Shown here piece after piece: positions 12,425-23,039 of a DNA stretch of 64,000 nt. The translations under genes were made by a program, and so were the position numbers. The notes beneath the pieces are model-generated. The model was given only the letters and a program-made list of their open reading frames with translations, had not been told where the DNA came from and did not search any database. The DNA lies in contig CAVUAK010000001.1 of assembly GCA_963739455.1 (NCBI GenBank), positions 320,001 to 384,000 on the forward strand. Direction: 5' to 3'. The stretch's first letter is position 1. Each line of letters opens with the position of its first letter. This stretch comes from an uncultured Gemmatimonadales bacterium (GTDB lineage Bacteria; Gemmatimonadota; Gemmatimonadetes; Gemmatimonadales; GWC2-71-9).

Positions 12425-13245
12425 GGGCGAGGAATAACGGGCGCGGACGTGAGACGCGGTACCACGAGCGGACGACCCGTCTCCTCACCCGGACCAGAAT
12501 GCTGTACGACGTCGATCGGCCAGCCGTACACCCGGGTGAGACGCTCGCCGGTGAGTACCACGGCCGCGTCGCCGTGCGCCACCAGCTCACCCTCCGAGAA
12601 GAGCAGTACCCGATCGGCGAGGCGCGACGCGAGCGAGAGATTGTGCGTCACCAGCACCACGGTGCGGCCGTAGGAAGCCAGGCCGCGTAGCAGCGCGAAG
12701 AGCTCGATCTCGTGCCGCACGTCGAGACCAGCGGTAGGCTCGTCGAGCACGATGGCAGATCCATGCTGCGCCAGCGCCCGCGCGATGCGCACGCGCTGCT
12801 GTTCGCCCCCACTCAAGGTGGAGAAGGGGCGGTCGGCAAATGGAAACGCGTCCACGTCCTCGAGCGCGTGGCGCACCAGGCGTCGATCCTCCTGGGACTC
12901 GGCGCGCCACGGACCCAGGTGCGGATAGCGCCCCATCGCCACCACTTCCCGCACCGTCATCGGGAACACCGATTCCTCGCCCTGTGGCACGAAGCCGATC
13001 TCCCGCGCGATCGCGCCGCGAGGCCATGACCCGAGGCTCCGCCCGCGAAACTGCACGATGCCGCTGGTGGGCGCGGCGAGGCCGATCAGCAGCCGCACGA
13101 AGGTGGACTTGCCGGCACCATTCGGGCCGAGGATCGCCGTGACACCTCCGCCCGCGAGCTGGCAGGTCACGTCACGCACTGCGTCGCGCGATGACCCCGG
13201 GTGCCGGAAGCTCACCCGCTCCACCTGCCAGGCGACGTCAGTCAT
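12421..13245 (-). CDS. btuD: Cobalamin/siderophore ABC transporter ATPase
   Basis: GPNGAGKS, LSGGEQQR, LDEPT. Confidence 0.88.
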   Translation of the reverse strand: MTDVAWQVERVSFRHPGSSRDAVRDVTCQLAGGGVTAILGPNGAGKSTFVRLLIGLAAPTSGIVQFRGRSLGSWPRGAIAREIGFVPQGEESVFPMTVREVVAMGRYPHLGPWRAESQEDRRLVRHALEDVDAFPFADRPFSTLSGGEQQRVRIARALAQHGSAIVLDEPTAGLDVRHEIELFALLRGLASYGRTVVLVTHNLSLASRLADRVLLFSEGELVAHGDAAVVLTGERLTRVYGWPIDVVQHSGPGEETGRPLVVPRLTSAPVIPRP

Positions 13246-14236
13246 CGCGCCGCCTCAGCAGCACCACGAACACCGGGACGCCGACCAGTGCTGTCAGGAC
13301 ACCGATCGGAAGCTCGGTCGGTGCCGCCACGGTGCGCGCGGCGGCGTCCGCCGCCACGAGGAAGATCGCACCCAGCAATGCCGCACCCGGTAGCAGTTGG
13401 CGATAGTTGCTGCCCCACATCAGGCGTACCGCATGCGGAATGATCAGGCCCACGAACCCGATGACGCCGCTCACTGCCACTGCTGCGGCCGCGAGCACCG
13501 ACGCCAGCGCAAAGCAGAGGTACTTCACGCGCTCCACGGGAACGCCGAGTGCCGCCGCAGTGGGTTCCCCCACCGCGAGCAGGTTGAGTGAGCGAGCGAA
13601 CCCGAACAGCACTACGCTCGCAACGACCAGCGGCACGGCGAGCAGCAGCACATGCTGCCAGGTCGCCCCGGCGAGACTCCCCATCATCCAGAACACCGCC
13701 GACCGGAAAGACTCTGCGTCAGCAAAGGTGAGGAAGAGAAGAACCGCGGCGTTGCAGAAGGCGCCCACCACCACACCGGCCAGCAGCAGCGTGCGACGGT
13801 CGAGTACGCGGCCTGCCACCAGCGCCACGCGGAGCACCAGCACGATTGCGACGAGCGCGCCGGCAAAGGCGAACGCAGGAATGATCCACGGGCTGAGCCG
13901 GTCGAGTCCGAACACCGTCGCCGCGACTGCACCGAGCGCGGCACCGCTGGACACGCCGAGGATGTACGGCTCAGCCAGCGTGTTCCGGAGCAGCGCCTGG
14001 TAGGTGGCGCCACTGATGGCGAGCGCTGCGCCGCAGAGCGCCGCCAGTACGACGCGCGGAATCCGGAGACCGACGACGATGGTGCGCGTGGCGCTGTCGG
14101 CGGTGCCACGGATCGCTGCGATGATGTCGTTCAGCGAGAGACCGACCGCGCCCACGCGCACCGCCAGCATCGCCGAGAGCCCGAGCAGCAGGGTCAGCAA
14201 GAGGTAGCGGCGCACGATCGTGGCGGTGGTCGTCAT
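13238..14236 (-). CDS. btuC: FecCD/BtuC family permease
   Basis: LRIPR, RNTLAEPYILGVSSGA, GVIGFVGLIIPH. Confidence 0.9.
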   Translation of the reverse strand: MTTTATIVRRYLLLTLLLGLSAMLAVRVGAVGLSLNDIIAAIRGTADSATRTIVVGLRIPRVVLAALCGAALAISGATYQALLRNTLAEPYILGVSSGAALGAVAATVFGLDRLSPWIIPAFAFAGALVAIVLVLRVALVAGRVLDRRTLLLAGVVVGAFCNAAVLLFLTFADAESFRSAVFWMMGSLAGATWQHVLLLAVPLVVASVVLFGFARSLNLLAVGEPTAAALGVPVERVKYLCFALASVLAAAAVAVSGVIGFVGLIIPHAVRLMWGSNYRQLLPGAALLGAIFLVAADAAARTVAAPTELPIGVLTALVGVPVFVVLLRRRDD

Positions 14237-15138
14237 GGAACGGGGCAGGTCTCGTCGTGCAGCAGTACCTCGAGACGCTGTGCGGCCACGGCGACGTTGG
14301 TCCCGGGCCGGTTCACCAGGTCGGCGTCCACCAGCGCGATGCAGCCGTTCTTTACCGCGCGCAGGTCGCGCCAGCCGGCGGTGGCCTTGAGCCGGTCTCC
14401 CACCTGGGCCGACATCTCGCCCACCGGCAGCACGACGATATCGGGATCGCGCTTCACGACTTCTTCCAGCGACACCGTGGGCCAGTTCGACGTGGCGTCG
14501 TTGAAGACGTTGTCCGCACCCGCAATGTCGAGCAGCTGGTCGATAAAGGTGCCGGGACCGGCGGTCATCGGCGGGTCGTTGTAGACCACATAGAACACGC
14601 GCCGGCGCGAGCGCCCGGCCGCGCGTGATTGTGTTTCCCTCAGAGATCTGCGCAAGGCACTCTGCAGACTGTCAGCTGCCGACTGCCGACTCAGCACGGT
14701 GCCCATCACCTTCACCACCCGATACGCATCCGCCGTGTCCTGCACCTCGAAGGCGAATACCGGGACACCCGCCTTCTCCAGCTGGCCGCGCAAGTCGCCG
14801 CGCTTGTCGCTGGCCCACACCACCACCAGGTCGGGCCGGAGCGCGACGATCGCCTCCGTACTCGGGCTGAGCCCGCGGCCGACGAGCGGCACCGTAGCGA
14901 TGGAGCTGTCGCGGTCGTACTCGGTTCGCCCGACAATGCGGTTGCCGGCGCCGAGCGCGATGATGGTTTCGGTGACGCTGGGAACGAGGGAGACGACGCG
15001 CTGCGCGGGACCAGCCAGCTTCACCGAGTGCCCGGCGTCATCGGTCAGCGCTATTGCGGCGCTTCCGGCAGGAACTTCCTTGCCGCCACCCTGGCAGGCG
15101 GCGAGCAGCAGCAACAGGACCCAAACAAAAACACCCAC
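14233..15138 (-). CDS. btuF: Cobalamin-binding periplasmic lipoprotein
   Basis: RVVSLVPSVTE, EAIVALRPDLV, VSLEEVVKRDPD. Confidence 0.88.
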   Translation of the reverse strand: MGVFVWVLLLLLAACQGGGKEVPAGSAAIALTDDAGHSVKLAGPAQRVVSLVPSVTETIIALGAGNRIVGRTEYDRDSSIATVPLVGRGLSPSTEAIVALRPDLVVVWASDKRGDLRGQLEKAGVPVFAFEVQDTADAYRVVKVMGTVLSRQSAADSLQSALRRSLRETQSRAAGRSRRRVFYVVYNDPPMTAGPGTFIDQLLDIAGADNVFNDATSNWPTVSLEEVVKRDPDIVVLPVGEMSAQVGDRLKATAGWRDLRAVKNGCIALVDADLVNRPGTNVAVAAQRLEVLLHDETCPVP

Positions 15139-15240
15139 TCGTTCCGGCTCCTGGAACGAAGGGGTGCAAACTCGGCGCTCGTCTCCTGTGCGGAGACGTC
15201 ACCCACCCCCGCGTCCCTCCCTGGAGAGACATGATGCGGG

Positions 15241-15413
15241 CGCAGGCGGGCCAGTCTCCTGGCTCGAGGCAGCGTCGCCGGCCTTCCCAGGGAGCAGACT
15301 GTCCCCAGTGGCTTTACCTTGGCGACACCGGACCGCGGATCCTCTCGCGGGCCTCATACAGTGGCGGGGCCGCGCCGGCTTGAACCGGCTTCCTTACAGC
15401 AGCACCGCCTGCG
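15241..15413 (-). ncRNA. Cobalamin riboswitch
   Basis: Minus strand: AAGGAAgccggt...ccccGCCACTGT...GCCACTG...GGGAAGG...GAGCCAGGAGAC, closed by complementary ends; upstream of btuF. Confidence 0.93.
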
Positions 15414-15501
15414 TCTATGTAAACTCGATGGTCAACGTACCGGCCGAATCGGTCGAACGCAATCCAGTGGTTATGTGAAAAGATTCACAAGGAGAATTTC
15501 A

Positions 15502-15924
15502 ATGTTCGGACCGCTGAACAGCAAGCATCTCCCCGCTGCCCAGGCCGCCCTCCGCATCTTTGCCGGCGCCGCCTTCTTCTCCCATGGCGCCCAGAAGCTT
15601 CTCGGCTGGTTCGGCGGGATGGGACCCGACGGCGGCACGGTACAGCTGATGAGCCGCTTCGGGGCCGCCGGGGTCATCGAACTGGTCTGCGGCTTCCTGA
15701 TCATGATCGGCCTCGGCACGCGGCTCGCCGCCTTCATTGCCTCCGGCGAGATGGCGGTTGCCTACTGGTGGATGCATGCCGGCGGCAGCGGGAAGATCTT
15801 CTGGTGGGAGAACCGGGGTGAGACGGTCATGCTGTTCTGCTTCATTTTCCTCGTGTACGCCGCGTGGGGGGCCGGTCCGCTCAGCGTGGATCGCTGGCTG
15901 GAGTCCAGGAGACAGCAAGCGTGA
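15502..15924 (+). CDS. DoxX family membrane protein
   Basis: HGAQKLLGWFGG, ASGEMAVAY, GAGPLSVD; AAGGAG SD. Confidence 0.88.
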   Translation: MFGPLNSKHLPAAQAALRIFAGAAFFSHGAQKLLGWFGGMGPDGGTVQLMSRFGAAGVIELVCGFLIMIGLGTRLAAFIASGEMAVAYWWMHAGGSGKIFWWENRGETVMLFCFIFLVYAAWGAGPLSVDRWLESRRQQA

Positions 15925-17165
15925 TTTCGCGCGTTAGCCTTGCGCTACTAACGATGAGCCTTGTTGCAGGGTGCTCGGACGGCACCGATCCGGCGGATGA
16001 TGGCGACGTAGCGTTCGTGGTGTGCGACGCCACCTGGGTGGCTGCGCAGGACGGTGATGGAGTCTGGACCCGGATCGAGCCGGCCGGATCGACCTACGAC
16101 TTCAGCTTCAGGTCCGGGCGCGGCGGGATCGCAAAGGTGCGCAACCTGCGCTGGGATGGACAGAATCATCTCGACATCTTCTACGGAACCGTCGCGGAAC
16201 TTCGTCAGGCCGCCACCTGGCCGGACGTCTCCTACTGCAGCCCGACGCTGGGCATGACGGGTACGGTCGTTGTCGATACCCTTGGCTCGACCCAGGTGCA
16301 ATTGCACCTCGGCACCAGCTACAGCTCTGTCGGGCTGTTCACGGACAGCTTCACCATCTTCGGCGACCCCGGCACGTGGGACTTCGTGGCACGCCAGGTT
16401 TCTGTCAGCGGGAATGCCGTCACCCGGATGATCGTGCGCCGGAACGTCGAGGTTGTTTCTGGTGGAACCCTCGCCACGCTGGATTTCGGGTCCTCGGAAG
16501 CATTCAGCATGGACTCGTCTACCGCGACTGTCGCCGGCCTGAACGGTGACCAAGTCCTCGCAAAGTCGACGTTCTTCGGCTCGAAGGGTGCCGCGGTTGT
16601 GCCGCTGCCCGCGAGGATTGCGCCTGATGGGGCCACACCGGCGCGGTACGAAGCCCTGCCCGCTAGCCAGTTCGCGGCCGGCGACTTTCAGCTGGTAGAG
16701 GCCGTAGGCTACGCCGTTGGACGGGGCGCAAGGCAAGCCGGTGTCTATACTCGCTCGCCGAGTCCGCGCGCACTGACACTCGGCCCCCGACTCAACGCCC
16801 CGACAGCAACCATCATCGATTCTCAGCCGAACCTGCGAATGCAGGCACAAGTTGGTTCCCAGTCACAATACGCCCGGGCGATGATGGCGCACTTCGAACA
16901 GGGACCAGGGGTCACGCCGCTCAGCCCTCGAAACGTGGAGGTCACCGCGACGGCGGCGTATTTCGGGGCCATTCCTTCCAGCTGGACGATCACCATTCCC
17001 GACCTCTCAACCGCCGCGGGATGGGACCCGACCTGGGGACTCAGCAGCAACGCGTTGGTGACGTGGTCGGTAAAGGGCGTCGGCGGCGCCATTCCGCTGC
17101 TTGATCGCTCAGTGGCGGATGGCGCTACGACCCTCAGCGCCACTTCGTTTCCGCAGTCGCCATGA
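15921..17165 (+). CDS. Hypothetical lipoprotein, paralog of 5763-6989
   Basis: GTG start overlapping doxX stop; lipobox VAGC. Confidence 0.75.
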   Translation: MISRVSLALLTMSLVAGCSDGTDPADDGDVAFVVCDATWVAAQDGDGVWTRIEPAGSTYDFSFRSGRGGIAKVRNLRWDGQNHLDIFYGTVAELRQAATWPDVSYCSPTLGMTGTVVVDTLGSTQVQLHLGTSYSSVGLFTDSFTIFGDPGTWDFVARQVSVSGNAVTRMIVRRNVEVVSGGTLATLDFGSSEAFSMDSSTATVAGLNGDQVLAKSTFFGSKGAAVVPLPARIAPDGATPARYEALPASQFAAGDFQLVEAVGYAVGRGARQAGVYTRSPSPRALTLGPRLNAPTATIIDSQPNLRMQAQVGSQSQYARAMMAHFEQGPGVTPLSPRNVEVTATAAYFGAIPSSWTITIPDLSTAAGWDPTWGLSSNALVTWSVKGVGGAIPLLDRSVADGATTLSATSFPQSP

Positions 17166-17193
17166 GTGGGGTCGCCTGAACCTCTCGACGAGC

Positions 17194-18081
17194 ATGCACT
17201 TCATCGCCGCCGCAGTTCTGGTTGCGGCGGCAGCACCGGCGAACGCGCAGGACCCAAAACGCTCGCCCACCCTCGGGGAGGCACCCGAAGCTCTCAAGTG
17301 GAACGTGTCGGCTGAGCCGGTGAGGATCGCGGGGCCCCTTTATTTCGTGGGCACAGAGGGGCTGGGCGTGTTCCTGATCACGACACCCGAGGGCCACATA
17401 CTGATCAATACCGGGATGCCGGCGTCGGGGCCGATGATCGCCGCCTCCATTCAGAAACTTGGATTCAAGCCCGACGACGTCCGCCTTCTGCTGCTTGGCC
17501 ATGCCCACGTGGATCACGCGGGTGGGCATGCTTACATGCAGCAGCTTACTGGCGCAAAGGTGGCGGTGATCGCGGAAGAGAAGGAACTGCTCGAGTCGGG
17601 CGGCAAGGCAGACTTCCTGTACGGAATGTATCCGGAGTTCTGGTTCGATCCGGTCCAGGTTGACCAGGTGTTTCACGATGGCGATACCCTGAGGCTGGGC
17701 GACGTCGCGATCATTGCACGACTCACCAGTGGCCACACCAGGGGTTCGACGTCATTTGTCACCCGCATCGTCGACAACGGCACCAGTTATACAGTCGTGT
17801 TCCCCGCCAGCACCGGTATCAATCCCGGTACCCGCTTCATCGACCAGCCGTCGTATCCCGGCATTGCCGATGACTACCGTCGAACGCTCCAGGCTCTCGA
17901 GGGGCTCAACCCCGACATCTGGCTCTTCCCGCACAATGAGGCGTACGATTTCGCGGCCAAGCGCGCACGGGCCACTAGCGAGGGCGTCCAGGCCTGGGTG
18001 GATCCGACTGGGTACCGGAAGTGGCTTGCCGCACAGCGGTCGAGATTCGAGTCGGAGATCGCGACCGAGGCCGCGCGCTAG
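17194..18081 (+). CDS. Subclass B3 metallo-beta-lactamase
   Basis: Signal peptide; PVRIAGPLYFVGT, HAHVDH, GHTRG, C-terminal PH. Confidence 0.85.
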   Translation: MHFIAAAVLVAAAAPANAQDPKRSPTLGEAPEALKWNVSAEPVRIAGPLYFVGTEGLGVFLITTPEGHILINTGMPASGPMIAASIQKLGFKPDDVRLLLLGHAHVDHAGGHAYMQQLTGAKVAVIAEEKELLESGGKADFLYGMYPEFWFDPVQVDQVFHDGDTLRLGDVAIIARLTSGHTRGSTSFVTRIVDNGTSYTVVFPASTGINPGTRFIDQPSYPGIADDYRRTLQALEGLNPDIWLFPHNEAYDFAAKRARATSEGVQAWVDPTGYRKWLAAQRSRFESEIATEAAR

Positions 18082-18161
18082 GGAGAAAGTCGTCTATGAG
18101 CAGCGCCGGGGCAGGTCGCGCGCTGGATCTCCTCCCCTCCTCAGTCCGCTGGAACCTTGTT

Positions 18162-18233
18162 CCCACCCTACCCGCCTCATCCGCCCTACCCGCCCTACCC
18201 GCCCTACCCGCCCTACCCGCCTCACCCGCCCTA
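18162..18233. repeat. 9-mer array (CCTACCCGC)x~7
   Basis: Read directly; ends 13 nt before the tig ATG. Confidence 0.92.
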
Positions 18234-18246
18234 TTATCTTCCCCCC

Positions 18247-19510
18247 ATGTCCAACATCACCATCGAAAAGAAGTCCGAGGACGCTGCCTCCCGTTCCCTC
18301 CAGGTCACTGTGGGGGTCGAGCGGGTCAAGCAGGCCGAGGACAAGGCCGTGGCCATGTACGCCAGCCGCGCCCGCCTCCCCGGGTTCCGCCCCGGCAAGG
18401 CCCCCGTCGCCATCGTCCGGAAGAAGTTCGACCAGGCCATCAAGCAGGCGGTCCTGGAAGACGTCATCCGTGAGAGCTGGGAAACCGCGCAGACGGAACA
18501 GAACCTGAAGCCCATTTCCGACCCCTCGGTCCGGAACCTCAAGTTCGAGCAGGGTGGGCCGGTCGAGTTCGAGCTCGTGGTCGAGGTCCGTCCCGAGATC
18601 ACCCTGGCACGCACGGGCGGCTTCACCTTCACCCGCACCGTAGTGCCGGTGGACGAGGCCGCGATCACCAAGCAGCTGGACCAGATGCGCGAGCGGAAGG
18701 CCAACTGGCTCCCGGTCGAGAGTGGGAAGCCGTCGCCCGGCCAGATGGTGCGGGTCGAGGTGGCCCCGATCGATGACGGCAAGGCGGGCGAGTCTGCCCC
18801 GCACAACATCGTGCTGGGACAGAACCAGGCGGTGCCCGATCTCGAGGAGAAGGTCATGACCCTCGAGGCCGGCCAGACCGGTGGATGCCGACATCCGGTT
18901 CCCCGAGGATCATCCCGACGAGGCGCGCCGCGGACAGACCCGGAAGGTCCGGCTCACGCTGCACGAGATCAAGCGCCAGGAACTGCCGCCGCTCGACGAC
19001 GCCTTCGCGAACGAGGTGGGCGACTTCGAGACCCTGGCGGCCCTCAAGGAGGCCATCCGCACCGACCTCGCCCGTGACGCCGAGCGGAACGCCGACGCGC
19101 AGGTGCGCTCCGCGCTGATCAATGAGCTCGTCGCCGCCAACAACATCCCGGCGCCGCATTCGCTGGTGCACCGCTGGCTCCACGCCTACGCGCACCAGTT
19201 CGGGGTGCCCAGCGAGCCGCACGAGGCGCTGGCGAAGTTCGAGGAGCAGTTCCATTCCATCGCCGAGGCGCAGGTGCGCCGCGACCTGATCTTCGGGGCC
19301 CTGGTGGAGAAGGAGAAGCTGCACGCCACCGAGGCGGAAATCGACGAGCGCATCGGCGCGCTCGCCGCCGCGCGCGGAGTGTCGGCCGGCGACCTCTACG
19401 GCCAGCTCCAGAAGGCGGGGCGGCTGCAGGAACTGGAGCACAGCATCACCGAAGACAAGGCGTTCACCTGGCTGCTCTCGCAGTCCACCGTAGTGGAGGC
19501 GAAGTCCTGA
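18247..19510 (+). CDS. tig: Trigger factor (frameshift ~18880)
   Basis: [10 protein letters not shown] signature; upstream of clpP-clpX. Confidence 0.93.
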
Positions 19511-19512
19511 CG

Positions 19513-20134
19513 ATGGCCCTGTATCCGCCGTACATCATCGAGCGTTCCAGCCGCGGCGAGCGGACCTACGACATCTTCTCGCGCCTGCTCATGGACCGTA
19601 TCGTCTTTCTTGGCGCGCCGATCAACGACGACGTCGCCAACATCATCATCGCCCAGCTGCTCTTCCTCGAGGCCGACAACCCCGAGAAGGACATCTACCT
19701 GTACCTGAACTCGCCCGGTGGCGTCGTGTCGTCCGGCCTCGCCATCTACGACACCATGCAGCACCTCAAGGCGCCGGTGAACACGATCTGCATGGGCATG
19801 GCGGCCTCCATGGGGTCGTTCCTGCTGGCCGCGGGCAGCAAGGGCAAGCGCAGCGCGCTGCCCCACTCCCGGATCATGATCCACCAGCCGTCCGGCGGCG
19901 CGCAGGGCACCGCGGCCGACATCGAGATCCAGGCGCGGGAAATTCTCTACCTCCGCACCAAGCTGAACTCGCTCTACGCCCACCACACCGGCCAGCCGGT
20001 GGAGACGATCGAGCGGGACATGGACCGGGACCGGTTCATGAGCGCCGAGGAAGCGATGGCGTACGGCCTCATTGACAAGGTCTTCTCGCCCCGCAAAGGC
20101 GTCGGAGACCCTGGCCGCCGTCGCTGCGGGCTAG
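19513..20134 (+). CDS. clpP: ClpP protease (apparent +1 indel near 20090; true stop likely 20134)
   Basis: [28 protein letters not shown]. Confidence 0.95.
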
Positions 20135-20203
20135 CCCTTGACGCCCCCCGTGGGGCGGGCAAGCTTTCGGCTCGCCCCACACCACATCCCGGAAACGGCC
20201 TGA

Positions 20204-21448
<1,245 letters not shown>

Positions 21449-21452
<4 letters not shown>

Positions 21453-22050
21453 CACCCGCTCCCTTCCTCGATCTCCCGGTCGAGTTCGTCGGCTCCTTTC
21501 CCGACCCACTCACGAATCTCGACCCGGTCATGCCCGAGATCGCCTTCATCGGGCGCTCGAACGTGGGCAAGTCCAGTCTCCTCAACTCGCTCACCGGCCG
21601 GAAGGGCCTGGCGCGGGTCAGCGGCACCCCCGGCAAGACGCAGCACATGAACATGTTCCGGTTTCCCACCTTCTACCTGGTGGACCTGCCGGGCTACGGC
21701 TTTGCGCACGCGAACAAGGGCATGCGCGCCGGGCTACCGGAAGCTGGTCGAGGGCTACCTCACGAAGCGCGAGCAGCTGAAGGGCGTCGTCTGGCTGCTC
21801 GACATCCGGCACGAGCCGTCGAAGGACGACCTCAGCCTTCCAGGACCTGCTCGCCGAGAGCGGCCGGCCGGCCCTGGTGGTGCTGACCAAGGCCGACAAG
21901 CTCGGCCGCCAGCAGCAGCGGCTGCAGGCGAAGGCCATCGCGAAGGTGCTCGGCCTTACGGAGGAATCGCTGCAACTGGTGAGCAGCGTCGAGGGCACCG
22001 GGATCGCGGACCTGGGCGAGAGTATCAAGGCGGCAGTGGTGGCGGAGTAG
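21449..22050 (+). CDS. engB: GTP-binding protein EngB/YihA/YsxC (two frameshifts; possible CTG start)
   Basis: [31 protein letters not shown]. Confidence 0.88.
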
Positions 22051-22091
22051 CTGCCGACTCCCTGACGACTGCCGACTGAAGACTGTAGACT
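22051..22091. repeat. Degenerate 7-mer array CTGNNGA x5
   Basis: ctgccga ctcc ctgacga ctgccga ctgaaga ctgtaga ct, directly after the engB stop. Confidence 0.75.
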
Positions 22092-22113
22092 AGGTGTACC
22101 CTTGGGAGGCTCA

Positions 22114-22807
22114 ATGACACGGTCCGCCACGCTCCTGCTCCTGCTCGTTGTCCCGGCGCTCTCGCACCCGCGGCATTCCCATGCCCAGAACCTTCCCAGT
22201 TCCGAGCAGGTGCTGCCGCCCGGCTACGGCACGCTCAAGCAGGAAGACCTGCAGATCGCCCTCGCGACCACGGCGCTCGAGATCCGCTTCACCCCGCTCG
22301 ATCCCCGGGTGATCAACCTGCTGGCGCCCGACGCATACGGGGCCATGGCGGCGCTGGTCAAGAACAACCGGCCCCGCATCGACTCGGCTGCACGCGTCAA
22401 CGCCGTCTCGCGTCCCGGCATCGCCTTTGTCCAGTTCTATGGCCTGCAGCCCGGCGCCAACTTCGACGCACAGTCCCTGGTGCTGGTGTTCCGGGGACGG
22501 CTGCTGCGGCCGATCTCCATCATTCCCTATAGCCAGAAATTCACCGATGGCCGCCTCGAGCCGCGACAGCTCGTAACCGCCTTCTACCTGTTCGAGGAAC
22601 AGATTCCCGGTCCTCGAGCCGTTCACCCTGCAGTACTACCAGCAGGGCTCGACCGAGTGGACCAGCAGTCGCGTCTCGAAGATCAACAACGAACGCCAGC
22701 GCGTCCTGTTGCGGTCGTCGGCCGGCACCTCCTCCACCGCCCCGGCACCCGCAACGCCCCCCGCCCCCGGAACGACCCCGGTAGTAGCAGCACCCCCGCA
22801 GCCCTGA
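22114..22807 (+). CDS. Exported hypothetical protein (frameshift ~22610)
   Basis: Signal peptide, GGAGG SD; shifted frame continues VLEPFTLQYY... to TGA 22807. Confidence 0.65.
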
Positions 22808-22812
22808 CACCC

Positions 22813-22858
22813 GGGCGGGGTCCTCCCCGCCCTCCCCGCCCTCCCCGCCCTCCCCGCC
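22813..22858. repeat. 9-mer array (CTCCCCGCC)x4 with one inverted vestigial unit
   Basis: gggcgggg tc then ctccccgcc x4. Confidence 0.9.
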
Positions 22859-23039
22859 GTTACACCAATGTGACCCAACCAGGTCATCACGGCGCACGTC
22901 CGTGACTCTGTGACACATCCGTGGCAATTCGGTGCGCCATCCGATACGCGAATCGGGGACTTTTGGGCCGTTCCTGAACGGGCGGCACAGCCGGACATCG
23001 CCGGCGCCTGCCCGACATGCACCCGGGCCCCAGAGAGCC

